DNA of 64,000 nucleotides from a virus (Duplodnaviria; Caudoviricetes): the IMG/VR virus record IMGVR_UViG_3300049794_000047; one strand, given 5' to 3'. Positions 19,066-30,418 of the stretch are shown here, piece after piece (the first letter of the stretch is position 1; every line of letters starts with the position of its first letter). The notes beneath the pieces were generated by a model. The model was not told the DNA's origin. It did not search any database and saw nothing but the letters and a program-made list of their open reading frames with translations. The translations under genes were made by a program, and so were the position numbers.

Positions 19066-19608
19066 TCACAGGTCTCCCTTGAGCGCGGCATCAAAGTGCG
19101 TGCCCCACAGTAATGGCGGATTGAGCGGCGTGAACACGAAACCGTAGCCGCACTTTCCGCCAGGAACAAGCATCCAATCATTTCCTGTCGTCCCAAGGTT
19201 GAAAACAAACTTGGCAGGCGCACACGTGCCAAATTCTACGAAGAGTCCTAGACCATCATCATCGTAATTAACCAGCATGTCGCCGCGGCCCATGGCGCCG
19301 TGAGGTTCGCGCTCGAAGGTGCCGTTGCCGAGGCTGCCGACAAACTGCCACGCCTCATCACCAGGTTTTTGATACGCTCTTGGCAACTCAACATGTCGAA
19401 TAGTGACAGCATCCTTCATGATCCAGGCGTGCAGCGTGCGCCAGGCCCAGTGATCTGAAGATCGTCGTGACCAGCCTTGCAAGACTTGTTGTGGGGTCCA
19501 GATCTTCCCGTCGGGTGTTTGCCATGTAGCCAGGGGCATCGGCATTTCGATGAAGGCTGCAATGTGCCGTGCGCTACGTGCTTCAAAGTCGTCTAAGGAT
19601 CTTGTCAT
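19066..19608 (-). CDS. Hypothetical protein
   Basis: Coupled to the upstream recombinase. Confidence 0.6.
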   Translation of the reverse strand: MTRSLDDFEARSARHIAAFIEMPMPLATWQTPDGKIWTPQQVLQGWSRRSSDHWAWRTLHAWIMKDAVTIRHVELPRAYQKPGDEAWQFVGSLGNGTFEREPHGAMGRGDMLVNYDDDGLGLFVEFGTCAPAKFVFNLGTTGNDWMLVPGGKCGYGFVFTPLNPPLLWGTHFDAALKGDL

Positions 19609-20474
19609 TGTGTCCTCTTGAACAACGACGGTAACGCGTTGCCCACGGCGTCGCTGTTCCGTGAATGTGAGTAGATATTCTCGATCGTACGCTCGGTCTG
19701 GCCGGTGAGTTGCCGGACATCCATGGGTGACTTTCCTTCTTCACGCAGCCACGTCACCGTTGAGTGACGCGCAAGGTGAGGAAACACGTGTCGGATCTGC
19801 GCTTGCTTTGCGCGCCGGTCAAACACGCTCCAGATCTGAAATGCAGACATCACTCCACGGATCTTGTTCTTGCGCACGTCCAGGAACACATGCCCAGTCG
19901 TGACGCCGAGAGAGCGTAGCCGCTCGATCCAGGTGCCGAGTGCCGCGAGCGTTTCAACATCGGCGTTGAACGAAATGCGGTCACCTCCCTTGTTGATCGT
20001 CGTGATCTTTGGTGACTTCACGCCGGCCATTTCGAGAGCGCGGAGACCACCGCGGCGGAGCCCTGTTCGCAGTGCTAGGACGAGGAGTGCACGATCACGT
20101 ACGTCGACAAGCTCGTCGCTGGCACAGGTCGCCAGGAGCAACGCTGCCTCCTCGTACGTGAGCGGCACACGCTCCTCGGGGTCTTGGGCCTTCACCTTCT
20201 CGACGTCGGCCGCGAAGTCTCTCCCATTGGCAACGTGCTTGGCGAACCGCTTCGACGCGTAACGGACGGCCTTGCGGTAGACATTCACCGTCTGTGGCTT
20301 TCTCTTCTTGAGGAGCTCAAAGAGCCAGCACTCAACGAGCGCCGGTGTGTAGACGCTGGGGTCGTCGCCGGCGAACGCGACGAACGCCGCTACGCACTCA
20401 CGGTAAAGCGCTTTCGTACGCGCCTGCAAATTCAGGCTCGTCTCGATGAGTTCGTCGAGTTTCGAGGTGCCCAT
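19605..20474 (-). CDS. Tyrosine recombinase (second, divergent)
   Basis: TGLRR, NKGG, HLARH, LTGQ..IY; SAM-like N-terminus. Confidence 0.9.
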   Translation of the reverse strand: MGTSKLDELIETSLNLQARTKALYRECVAAFVAFAGDDPSVYTPALVECWLFELLKKRKPQTVNVYRKAVRYASKRFAKHVANGRDFAADVEKVKAQDPEERVPLTYEEAALLLATCASDELVDVRDRALLVLALRTGLRRGGLRALEMAGVKSPKITTINKGGDRISFNADVETLAALGTWIERLRSLGVTTGHVFLDVRKNKIRGVMSAFQIWSVFDRRAKQAQIRHVFPHLARHSTVTWLREEGKSPMDVRQLTGQTERTIENIYSHSRNSDAVGNALPSLFKRTQ

Positions 20475-20657
20475 CTGTCGAACGCTACTGGACCCCGACC
20501 TAAAACGCAACACTCCAGCGGGAGTGTTGCGTGGCACTGATTTCAACAGCTTGGACTATGCAAACTGTGGCAACACGGACCCTGTTGTCACGGAGAATCA
20601 ATAAGTTAAGGCGGCCTAATTGCGAGTTATGTAGCCGCCCTGCTAGGATGCGCCCCG

Positions 20658-21935
20658 ATGGCATCCCAGCCCGTCTCCCAGCCCGTTTCCGCCGAGGCCC
20701 CCGTGCAGGCCGTTGTCCTTCGCGAGCGTGCGAACACCCTCCTGCGAGAAGCCTTGGATGCGGCCGACGCCGACCTTTGGGGAAACACGATCCGTCACGC
20801 GATGGTCGATGCAGCGCTGGCTCTCTACACCGAAGCCGCGCAGCTCGAGGGACCGCCGCTCGAACCGCATGACGTCACGAGCTGGGCTGCGTTCTTGCCG
20901 ATGAACCCTTCGTGGCTGTTCACCCAGAACTCGACGCCGCCCTCGGCCTGTCCGCACACGCAGATTGTGCTGGGGAATGACGAGACGCCAACCCTGCAAC
21001 TGCCAATCGTGCGGTAAGCGGTGGACCTTCGTGCCAGCGGGCGCGACCCCACGGTACTGCGCCGATGACGATCCGACGTATCCAGGCATGCTCGACAACC
21101 GCGGCTGGTCGAAGTCCGCGCGCGTGGCAATGCTGGACGATCATAACCACAGCGCGGCGATCGCGCGAGATATCCAGCTCGGGCGCACCAGCTTGCAGAT
21201 TCGAGACGAGATCATCCAGAAGGTCGGGATGATGGCAGATGCCCGCACGCCCGAGATGCAGGCCCGCTACGACGCGGCCATCGCCCGTGAAAGTGAGGGT
21301 CCAGGCACGGGATCCATGATCGTTACGATCACGGGACCACACGGCGAAGATGCGACGACGATCGCGCGCGCGGTCTGCGAAATGCTGTCGGAGGCCGACA
21401 TCGACAACTCGATGCCCGAGGAGTCCGATAACCCGTACGCCGGAGATTCGACCGAGCAGCTTTACAGCCTTCGCCGCCGCGCCGGTCTTCGTGTGGTTGT
21501 TCAAACGGACACGAAAAGGATGCTGGCGCGTCCATGACCAAGACGACCTACGCGCGCCAGTTGTCGGCCGACGAATTGGCGGAAGAGACGAAGGACATGT
21601 CGCCCGAGGCGCGCGAGGAGTTCCGCATCGAGAACGCGACCAGTCCCTTGTTCGACATGGGGCTTCGCTTCGAGGGCGCCTTCGGTGATCGCGCGATCGA
21701 TCGTCTCGACATCTCGGACGAGGACGCAGAGGCTGCGGCGATGCGGATGGAGGCCGGTAGAACCGAGGCGGGCCGCGCGTTCGCGCACCTCCTGCGCAGC
21801 ATCACGAATCGCCGCCGTCTTCGCGTGATCTCGCACAAGGTGACCGCGGGCGGGGAAGCCAGCGGCACACGCGAGTCGATGTCGATCCCGGAGATCCACG
21901 AGCGTTACGCGAAGCTGCCTAAGGGGGATGCATGA
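20658..21935 (+). other. Three hypothetical genes (20658-21017, about 21088-21537, 21534-21935)
   Basis: ORF track; TTGCGA/TAGGAT promoter-like boxes at 20620-20649. Confidence 0.5.
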
Positions 21936-22054
21936 CTCGTCGCGCGAGCCGCGATTCTTCCAAAACCGTGCGTGGTGCCCGCACACCGCTGGATCGACGA
22001 GGTCGTACATCGCAAAGCCGCGCACGCGCTGCACAGCGACTGTAGGGAAGTCCA

Positions 22055-22465
22055 TTGGACCTCACTAACGAAAAGATTGCTGCCGCCAGCGCTGAAGAAC
22101 TGCGCGAAGTCTGCCGCCAGCTCCTCGCTGAAAACCAGGCCCTGCGCGCGCTGATCAGCGACCGCACGTCCGCGGCGGTTAATAAACTCCGTGAGCAGGG
22201 GTTGAAGTTCAATGGAAATCTTCCCTACGGTCTGGGAAGTAACAAAGTCACCAAGAAGCTCGAGCCCTCACAATACGAGGAGCGGTTGATCACTGAGATC
22301 AAGCAACTGCATACCCAAAAACTCTCCCTGCGCGCTATAGCTCGCACGCTCACCGAACATAACCTTCTCAACCGGGACGGGAAACCCATTGACGCAAAGC
22401 AGGTGGCGCGTATTCTCGACGCTGCAGGCATCGTGAGAAAGCGTCGATCGGCCCCGTCAGTGTAA
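22055..22465 (+). CDS. Stand-alone recombinase (DNA-binding) domain of large-serine-recombinase type
   Basis: NLPYG..E...I..I......SLRAIARTL....NRDGK.....V.RIL; no resolvase catalytic domain. Confidence 0.7.
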   Translation: MDLTNEKIAAASAEELREVCRQLLAENQALRALISDRTSAAVNKLREQGLKFNGNLPYGLGSNKVTKKLEPSQYEERLITEIKQLHTQKLSLRAIARTLTEHNLLNRDGKPIDAKQVARILDAAGIVRKRRSAPSV

Positions 22466-23483
22466 ATTCTTACGCCGGATCAAAGCAGCTGAGACCAGCA
22501 TTCTGCCCGAGGGCTGTCCACGGGCGGATGGCTACTTCGATCCTGACATGATCGGGCGGGCTTCCACCCTTTGGATCGCCAACCACAAACTAACGGCCAC
22601 GCGCCAGGAGAATTTGCCGATGGCGACACATGAAATTCTTGGAATAGACCCTTACCGCGAGGGCGCTTCCATCGCGTTTGGAGTTCCCTACAACCGAGTC
22701 ACAAATAGCCAGCGGACCCTCTTCAAGGAGGGCTTCGCCTTGTTCGCCTGCGGGCTTGAAATGAGCAGGCAAATGGGCCAGGAGAACATCCGAGCACAGG
22801 TCAAGCGCGTGGCCCGCATGATGCGTCTACGCGGGGGGGTCTAGCAAGTGCTGGACGTCCCCATGTGCCCGACCCCTGAACCGAGGATCAAGCCGTGAGC
22901 AGCGGACATCCGGTCGAGCAGGCGATCCGTCGATCCCACTGCGCGCATGCGGACAGTTCCGACCCCCGGCACCCGTGTGTCGGCAGTTGCCACATCACTC
23001 CTCAGGGTGTGACGCTCACCTGCAAGGCGTGCGGTGACGACGAGCGGGCGATCGCGCCGGCAGAGACCTTGCCCGAGGCCCGGCTTGTTCGCGAAATCCT
23101 TGATGTGATCGGTATCGAATTCGACGCCCTCGCACCCGAGCGCAGGATACGTGCCGCGGAGGCCGCGAAGCGCTGGATGATGACGAGGCGCCACTGAATG
23201 CGCCGTGATCTACACGGACTCGACGCCGCAGGTGCTGGCGACCTTGGCACTGTCGACGATGGCGCGCTGTTTGGGCTGTGTCCGAGCTGCGGCGCTGAAC
23301 TGCGCGTCGTGTACGCGGAAGATCCGTACACCCGACGCAGCTGTCGCGCCATCACGCACCCAGTGCCGTTCTGCACGTATTTTGGAGAGACCGATCCCTC
23401 CGTGATTGAGTGTGACATCCAGCACGCGAAGAAACCTCTATCGTCATGACCGCCGCTCGCATGGAGCACACAACGCGAGCACC

Positions 23484-23613
23484 GGGTGTTCGGCTACCCG
23501 TGTCTCGAGCACAACGCAAAGGCTCGTTCTGCAGTCATCCAGAGACGGGTATAGATCTACCCAGAGCTGCATGACAACCATTTGCGCCGATGCACCTACG
23601 GCACGTTAACTGC
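23484..23613 (+). promoter_or_regulatory. Sigma54 promoter module
   Basis: GGGT-N8-ACCC at 23484 and 23547, 37-nt gap, GGCACGTTAACTGC, ATG at 23628. Confidence 0.8.
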
Positions 23614-24082
23614 TCTAGTCATCCAACATGTCGATCCAGAGCCGACACCTTTACGCAGCCTACAAGCGAATCGAAGCCTTCGTTGGCAAGGCGGGTGCGC
23701 TAGTGCTCGCTACCGTCTGGACGACGTGCGAGGTGAACCACGGCCCGGAAGTGAATGGCATCGGACCGCTCGGGATTCAAGAGTAGGTCCAAGGAGCGTT
23801 GCCCATGCCGAGCAAGAGGAAAGCGCGCGTAAGGTTGAGCATGGTGCCCGCTGCAGCCGGTCAGTTGCAAGATGTTAAGGACATGCGCGCAGCCGCTCTC
23901 AAGACGTCAATCGATCTCCGCATGAGAGCGGACGAAATCGAGGATGCTGCTCGTACGATCGCGAGCATCGCCTACGATGAGGGTCGCAGCGATGAGATCG
24001 ATGGACCGGCGTGGGATCGTGCAGAGAAGATCCTGCGCGCAGCAGGGATCCCGGTGCCGAACTCCGGCCTACTGGTGTGGTC

Positions 24083-24514
24083 GTGACGATCGGCGATCCG
24101 AAGTCGTTTACATGCTCGAAGTGTGGCGCCAAGCCTGGCGTGTCGTGCCTGTCCTATCGCGGCAAGATCCAGACACTCACGCGATTTCACCATGCGCGTG
24201 TGGATGGTGCGCGCGGGTTCTTCATCGATCCTGACGGCAAGGCGCGTCCCACCCTGGCAGCCGGCATTCACATGGAGTGCGGGATCTGCGGTGCACAGCC
24301 CGGCCACGTCTGCATCTCGATGGCCAAGCGTTACTCGGGTGACTACGGCTGTCGTGGACGCGCAATCTCACTTCCCTCATGGACGCGTGATCGCAAGACG
24401 TTCCACAAAGAACGCGTGCTGGCTGCCGTCGCTGAGAGCGATCGCCGCAAGACTGCAGCGGCCGAGTACAACACGCACCAGTTGCGCCCTGAACGAAAGG
24501 ATGGCGGTCCATGA
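24083..24514 (+). CDS. Double zinc-finger protein
   Basis: Two CxxCGA.PG..C....H..R units. Confidence 0.6.
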   Translation: MTIGDPKSFTCSKCGAKPGVSCLSYRGKIQTLTRFHHARVDGARGFFIDPDGKARPTLAAGIHMECGICGAQPGHVCISMAKRYSGDYGCRGRAISLPSWTRDRKTFHKERVLAAVAESDRRKTAAAEYNTHQLRPERKDGGP

Positions 24515-24921
24515 TTCCGACGCAGATCACCGACGAGCGTGTCTGGAACGCGCTGCGTCACCACATTGTGCTTGGCACCGACGCGCACCTGTCACGTTAC
24601 GATCTGGCCAAGCGAAGCGGTCCGCACGCTACGCTGGCGTGTGTCGAATGCGGACGTGCACGGTGGATGCATGCAACGCGGCACGACACCTGCGGGCAAT
24701 TCAGTTGGGTTGCAGCCGCGACGATCTCCGATGAGCTGATCACGATCTTCCGACTCGTGGCAGGCCTCGATCATGACATCGCTGTGGAGTGTTCTAGGGC
24801 GCTTAATGACTTCGGCTTGGCTCCTGGACCGCAGCGTGACAGCAAGCGAACCGTCGCGGCTGCGATCAACGCGGCACTGCACCGCTACGCCGGTGCCCTC
24901 AACGCCGAGGTCAAGCCGTGA
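24511..24921 (+). CDS. Hypothetical protein with a TISDE.I-type domain
   Basis: C-terminal half similar to the N-terminus of gene 407(-). Confidence 0.55.
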   Translation: MIPTQITDERVWNALRHHIVLGTDAHLSRYDLAKRSGPHATLACVECGRARWMHATRHDTCGQFSWVAAATISDELITIFRLVAGLDHDIAVECSRALNDFGLAPGPQRDSKRTVAAAINAALHRYAGALNAEVKP

Positions 24922-25097
24922 GCTACACCCCGAAGACCCGCGGTCCAGATCTGTCTGATCCAGAGCGGGGGCCGTTCCGAAACGTGACGAGGATTGCTCG
25001 CGCGATGCTCGCGATGCGCGCGGTGAGGCGCGGAGAATGATCTACCAACTCGACATTTTCGACCCGCTCAAGATCATGTTACAAGGAGCACCGGCCG

Positions 25098-25478
25098 ATG
25101 AGCGAAGTCGTCGTTGAAACCCAGGAACAACTGCTCGCCGTGCTTGACCAGATCTCGTTTGCCCCGTCGTGCGTGAACATGGGCTGGCAGTGGCAAATCG
25201 AGGAACTGCAGTCGCCGTCCGGTGATCTGCGTGGCTGGCTCGTCAACACCACGTTCCGTCGTCCCGACACGCACACCGGCGAGATTGGAATCGGCTCGGG
25301 GCGCAAGGAGCTGATCGCCTACGGGGCGAGCGAAACCGCCGTAGTGAAGACGGCGTGGCTGCTCGCGGAGTTGATCGTGCGCCACGAATTGATGGAGGCG
25401 TTTCTCTATCGTGGCGTGCGCATCTTCAACCCCCACCACACCGTCGATGAGCTGTCCATGCCAGCGAGGTTTTCCTAG
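25098..25478 (+). CDS. Hypothetical phage protein
   Basis: AAGGAG SD; ORF track. Confidence 0.6.
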   Translation: MSEVVVETQEQLLAVLDQISFAPSCVNMGWQWQIEELQSPSGDLRGWLVNTTFRRPDTHTGEIGIGSGRKELIAYGASETAVVKTAWLLAELIVRHELMEAFLYRGVRIFNPHHTVDELSMPARFS

Positions 25479-25526
25479 CTTGCCGAACCTGGCGGCAGTC
25501 TCTCGTATCCAACGTCGCCGGTCCAG

Positions 25527-25823
25527 ATGAAGACGATTGAACTGATCGGTTGGCCCCACACCCGATCGCCGCTCGTGCCTCCATCGAGCCCCCCGATGGC
25601 GGACACGGTGTGCCCGGCGTGCGGTGAGCAGTCCAGCGTCACGTTCACCCTTGAGGAAGAGCGGTTCCCCTACGGGATCGCCCCGCACACGGTGGAACTC
25701 GCCACAATGATGGACAAAGGTCGCTGCGCTGCCTGCACGCTCGAGTTCACTGACTGGCGCGCGGAGGAAGCACATGATCGGGCTGTCCAGATCTACCTCG
25801 CTGATCACAAGGATCTACCCTGA
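25527..25823 (+). CDS. YgiT/MqsA-type zinc-ribbon protein
   Basis: CPACG...F.YG....V......RCAAC..EF. Confidence 0.55.
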   Translation: MKTIELIGWPHTRSPLVPPSSPPMADTVCPACGEQSSVTFTLEEERFPYGIAPHTVELATMMDKGRCAACTLEFTDWRAEEAHDRAVQIYLADHKDLP

Positions 25824-26354
25824 TGTCATCTGTGGCAGCGGCGAAGCCTCCCGCACGTCGCAAGCGCGACCCCCTCACCGGGCCGAGACGCGAGGTGATC
25901 TACATCTTCGAGCGCGAGGGCTCGTGCGGCGGCCCGTACTGGTTGCTCGTGCTGTCATGCGGGCACGCCGTCTCTCGCAGGCGGCATGACCCCAGTAACT
26001 TCGCCCAGATGCTGTTTCGACCCCTCAGCGAGAAGCTCGCACCCCGGCACGTACAGTGTCACTATTGCGGGATGGGTGCGGAGCAGCGCGATCCGTGGAT
26101 CCTGATCCAGGTCTTGGAGCAGCAGAAATGATGATCCCACAAGACTACATGCTCTCCCTGGCTGAGCTGGCTGATGTTCACCGCGACCTGCCGGTGGGTA
26201 CGTTGGTGCGACACGTTGGGGGTGCTGTGGCGCGGGTGACGTCAATGCGGGGGGACTTCGCGGAATGTCACCGCATCAAGCGCGACGGGACACGTGATCG
26301 AAGGTTGTTTGGGTGGTCTGGATCACTACCCAAAGCACTCTGGACCGTGCTGCC

Positions 26355-26927
26355 GTGAGCAACGAGAAAATCTGGCAGGTGCTCCTGCCCGATGGCTCGG
26401 CCTGGGTCCCTGCGGACTCGCGTCCCGATGATCCCCGGCGCTCGTGGATCTACTCGCGATCCATCGCTGACATGTTCGCGCGCGACGTCGGTGGAGAGGT
26501 CGTTGAGGTGAGCCGTCACCAGCGAGAGAAGCTGCTCGATCAAGAGATCGCCACGGTGCTCACGGAACCGAAGACGCGCCCGGTGAAGACGCGTGCCCGC
26601 CCTTTTCCCCGGACTGCTCGAGAAGCACTCGCAACAGCGATCCTGGAGAGCGTGCCACTGACCTACGCTGCACGCTCCGCACTCGACACGACGCGCGAAA
26701 CTGCGGATGAGGGTGAGCACAGGGCAGCGCTTGGCGCTCTCAAGAAGGGGCTGCCCGCCACGTTGTGGATCGGCTACGATCCGAAGAGCACCCGGGGCTT
26801 TGCCCAGGAAGCCGAGCCCGTCTGGAACACGGATGATCCCCAAGGTGAAGCTCCGGGGCAGTGGCGCCAGATCGTGCGCGATGAGATCGTGGACCTCCTC
26901 ATCGGCGCCCCCCCCAAGAGGGGCTAG
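26355..26927 (+). CDS. Hypothetical protein
   Basis: GTGA-coupled; relic paralog at 33940-34071(-). Confidence 0.6.
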   Translation: MSNEKIWQVLLPDGSAWVPADSRPDDPRRSWIYSRSIADMFARDVGGEVVEVSRHQREKLLDQEIATVLTEPKTRPVKTRARPFPRTAREALATAILESVPLTYAARSALDTTRETADEGEHRAALGALKKGLPATLWIGYDPKSTRGFAQEAEPVWNTDDPQGEAPGQWRQIVRDEIVDLLIGAPPKRG

Positions 26928-26979
26928 GGAACCACGAGCGGCAGACAGCATGCTCTCAGCTACTTGCTGGCAAAGGACA

Positions 26980-27101
26980 GGGTATCTCCTCACCCGTATC
27001 TCAGGCACCACGGCCCCCGCACTCTCACAGAGACGGGTGCTTTTCTACCCACGCATACGCGCCGGATACTTACGCCAATGCGCGCTCGGCACGCAAGCTG
27101 C
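26980..27101 (+). promoter_or_regulatory. Sigma54 promoter module upstream of the radical SAM gene
   Basis: GGGT-N8-ACCC at 26980 and 27035, CTTAC, 37-nt gap, GGCACGCAAGCTGC. Confidence 0.8.
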
Positions 27102-27182
27102 TCCAAACGTTTTGTCGAGGGAATCGTCGACTTCGACATCCCCCCACATTTCAGGTCTCGTTGCGCTTGTCGAAGGTCACGC

Positions 27183-27980
27183 GTGCTGATCAAAATCACA
27201 AATTTTTGTTCCATGGGCTGTTCGCACTGCATGGAAAATTCAACCGTCGCCGGGCAGCACATGACTCGCGAGACGTTTCTGGCAGCCCTGGGGCTCACCG
27301 AGCGCCTCGAAGGGCTCGCATGGCAACGTGGCATCCCAAAGCTCCTCTTGACCAGCGGGGGCGAGGCCACCGAGCACCCAGACATCGAGTGGTTCCTGGA
27401 GACCGCTCTTGCAGCTGGCTACCAGCGCTTTCTCATCACCAACGGCATGTGGCTCGATAACCCCGAGCTGCGCGCGAAGATCCTCCGACCAGACTGGATG
27501 GATCTGATGGTCCAGGTGACCAACGATCCGAGGTTCTATCCATCAGCCCCCAGGGCCGTACCGACCGACGATCCTCGCGTCGTGTTCGTGCCGTCCTTGA
27601 CCGTGCTCGTAACACTCGGGAGGCTCAAGCGGACGCGGCTGCCCGCGACTCCCCCTGTCCGCAAGGGGCCCACCTCGTTCAACTTCCGGTCGCTGACTCG
27701 ATCATTTCGCGATGTGCGCGAGGCTATCTTCATGCTCCGTGCGCGGGCGGCGATGGGCCTGTCAGGGCACTGCTCGCCGAGCATCTCGAGCGACGGTTCG
27801 ATCGTCGCGGGTGAGACCTCGAATTGCTTTTCAGTCGGCGACGTGCATTCCAGCGCCGAGGAGATCACCCGCGCACTGCTCGCCATGCAGTGCAACAGGT
27901 GCGGACTGGTCGACAACCTCAGCCAGCAGGAGAAGCTCGCGATCGGCGAAGCGCGCGTCCTCACCCCGGAGTCCCCGTGA
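27183..27980 (+). CDS. Radical SAM protein
   Basis: ITNFCSMGCSHC (CxxxCxxC), SGGEATEHP, TNG. Confidence 0.88.
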   Translation: MLIKITNFCSMGCSHCMENSTVAGQHMTRETFLAALGLTERLEGLAWQRGIPKLLLTSGGEATEHPDIEWFLETALAAGYQRFLITNGMWLDNPELRAKILRPDWMDLMVQVTNDPRFYPSAPRAVPTDDPRVVFVPSLTVLVTLGRLKRTRLPATPPVRKGPTSFNFRSLTRSFRDVREAIFMLRARAAMGLSGHCSPSISSDGSIVAGETSNCFSVGDVHSSAEEITRALLAMQCNRCGLVDNLSQQEKLAIGEARVLTPESP

Positions 27981-28230
27981 AGGGTCTCGACACGTTGGTC
28001 ACGCGCTGTACACAGATCGCCGACAGGGTCGTCCCAGAGTATCGAGCCAGGAACAAGAGCTACTCATGCACTGGAGGCGTGGCGAAGCGTTGGCAGGCCG
28101 CGTGGGACGGCGCGTGTATAGCTCTTGGTAACGACCCCAAGGAAGTCGGTGATGCTGAGCGGCGAGTTCGAGTTCACGGTCGAGGCAAACGTCAGCCCGG
28201 GGTGCTTACAAAGAAGGAAGGCAAAGCAAC

Positions 28231-28689
28231 ATGACTGCGATTGAATTCGTAATGGTCGGGACCTGCCTGGCAGCGATTGGGATCTGCCTGTGGCAATCTT
28301 GCCGTGTGCGTGGGAGATCGGACAAACAGCATGGAGACTTCGGGGATACTGCCAAAGGAGACCTGCCACGATCTGCCCCCGGCATCGCGGTCGAACTTGA
28401 CTGCCGTGCGTGCGGCCGTCAAAATCGAGTTCCGAGCGAGCGCCTGCGCGACCGGCCGAAGTGTGGCGGATGTAAAAAAACATTGATGCCGGGGAAGCGC
28501 CTCACGATCTGCCACGCCAACTTGATAGAGGGCGCGCTGCGCGAGAGCCTGAATGCTGCCTGGATGGACTCCGACCACTTTTGGAGCTGCCTCCCGCCGC
28601 CACGGCCTCCCGCGGAGCGCCATGTCACTCCCGTCGGTGCAGCGATGGCGAGCCATGCAACGACAGCAGGGAGACATGCCCATGACTGA
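28231..28689 (+). CDS. Membrane-anchored protein with a thioredoxin-2-type zinc finger
   Basis: N-terminal hydrophobic segment; CRACGRQNRVP..RL..RPKCGGCK. Confidence 0.6.
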   Translation: MTAIEFVMVGTCLAAIGICLWQSCRVRGRSDKQHGDFGDTAKGDLPRSAPGIAVELDCRACGRQNRVPSERLRDRPKCGGCKKTLMPGKRLTICHANLIEGALRESLNAAWMDSDHFWSCLPPPRPPAERHVTPVGAAMASHATTAGRHAHD

Positions 28690-29100
28690 TAGCCCCCGAG
28701 AGACTGTATCTGACTACATCGCACTGGACTGGTACGACGGCCCCCTCCTCGAGATCGCGCGTGTTGACTTCACGGATCGCGACCGTATGGTGCAGGTGTG
28801 CTCGCTGTGCGACGTCCACGAGATCGAGCAGCCCCCGGGCGAGCGCCTCCGCGGGACAATCAGCGGCAAGGAGCCGTGGACACGAACCGTCATCCGGCTG
28901 ACTCGAGATGATCTGCAGGCGATGCTCAATTTGCTGGACGACAAGCCAGTGAGAGGATTTCACGATCGATGATGACCCCGCCGCCACTCACCTGCCGCAA
29001 CTGTGGTGATCTGTTCACCGATCCCGAGCGCCCCTGCCCCCACCCGTCACCTGGCCGTGAGTACAAGGAGACCGGGCGCGGCGGCCATATGTTCGTGGCG
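28620..29100 (+). repeat. About 480-bp segment duplicated at about 43372-43850
   Basis: Genes 28682-28972 and 43428-43718 are near-identical; the following gene 5' ends also match. Confidence 0.85.
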
Positions 29101-30418
29101 CCTCCCCCAGCCCTGTTGGGAGAGCCGCTCTCCGCTATCCGACTCCAGGCCATTGGTGATCTGTCCAAGATCCGCGGACCGCATGCGGGCTCTGGTTGCA
29201 AGTGCGACGGATGTCTACAGGCTGCAGCACTAACGGATCTGCACGGGGAGTACGAGCGAATGCGCGCCGAGTGCAAGCGCTTACGTCGCGCGGCACTGGA
29301 AACTGCGCGGGTGTTCACGCCAGAGCAGATCGAGCGCTTGATGGAAGTTGAGCCCTGAGACGATGAGCGACACGACCCTACAAGACGAAGACGGCGTGCG
29401 GTACTCGTATGACAACCTGCGGACACAGGGTTGGTTGGACGGCCACGCAAGCGGCCTCGATGTCGCATTCGGATTCTTGGTCGAGCGCGCCGTGGCGCTG
29501 TTCCGCGACCGGAAGGATGAAGACGCCACGCGTCTGCGCCGCCTCGCAGACGAGATGGTCCAGGCGCTCCGTCCCCAGATGGAGGAGCGCTCCCGAGAAC
29601 ACGCCCAGAACTTCCCTGTTGTGGTTGCCGCGGCGTCGCCACCGGAAGATGCGAAGGACGAGGGCGAGGGCGGCAGTGACAGCAAGCGCACGTGGCTGGA
29701 CGACGATGACGAGCCATGACAGCGCGTATGAAACCATCTATGCGGAGATGCCGATGAGCAAGCTGGATTGCCTGCCGCAGAACAATGCAGGCTGGGACCC
29801 GGGTAAGGATCCGTCGTGAGTGAACACGTCACCTGCGAGCACTGCAGCAAGCCCGGCCAGAGGCGTACCGGTCACGTGGCACCCGAGGGCTGGTGGTTTG
29901 GATCGTTCACGCTGGAACCGGATGGCGATCACGATCCAGGAGACACACTGGTCGTGCATGCATGCTCGAACGAATGTCGCGACGCTCTGTGGACCAGGCA
30001 AGAGGGCCACAAGTGGGACGTACTTGAACGCCGAATCGACGTAGCATCAGAGATCCGCCGCTACGCCGCACACGCCATTGCCGGTCTTCGCGAGCACGTT
30101 AGGCGCATCAGGATGGGAACGTGGGAGAGTGTTGCGAATTCAGAGTCGTTCGCCGGATCGAAGGTTGCCGCACTGCTAGAGGACGCGGCAGACCACCTTG
30201 AATCAAGAGCCGAAAACGAAGTCGAAGCGCTGCAGCCCCAATGCGGAACAGCTGAAACATGAACAAACCAATCTGGCCCAAGGTGAGCGCTGAGCGCGAC
30301 CGTGTGACGATCATGATCGGAGGTGTCGGCGTATCCATTACCACAGAGGACAGTCGACAGCTCCGGAAGAAGCTAATCGCTGCGGAACTAGAGGCCGACC
30401 GTCATCCGCGGAGAACCC

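Noticed and set aside
22520-22620. Additional sigma54 module
   Set aside because: GGGC-N8-ACCC is present, but there is no GG-N10-GC at the expected distance.
23484-23562. Sigma54 modules read as a second MITE or a riboswitch
   Set aside because: There are no TSDs, the spacers are poorly conserved, and the fixed distances to GG-N10-GC and the start codon fit a promoter. An RNA-structure role for ACCCGT..ACGGGT is not fully excluded.
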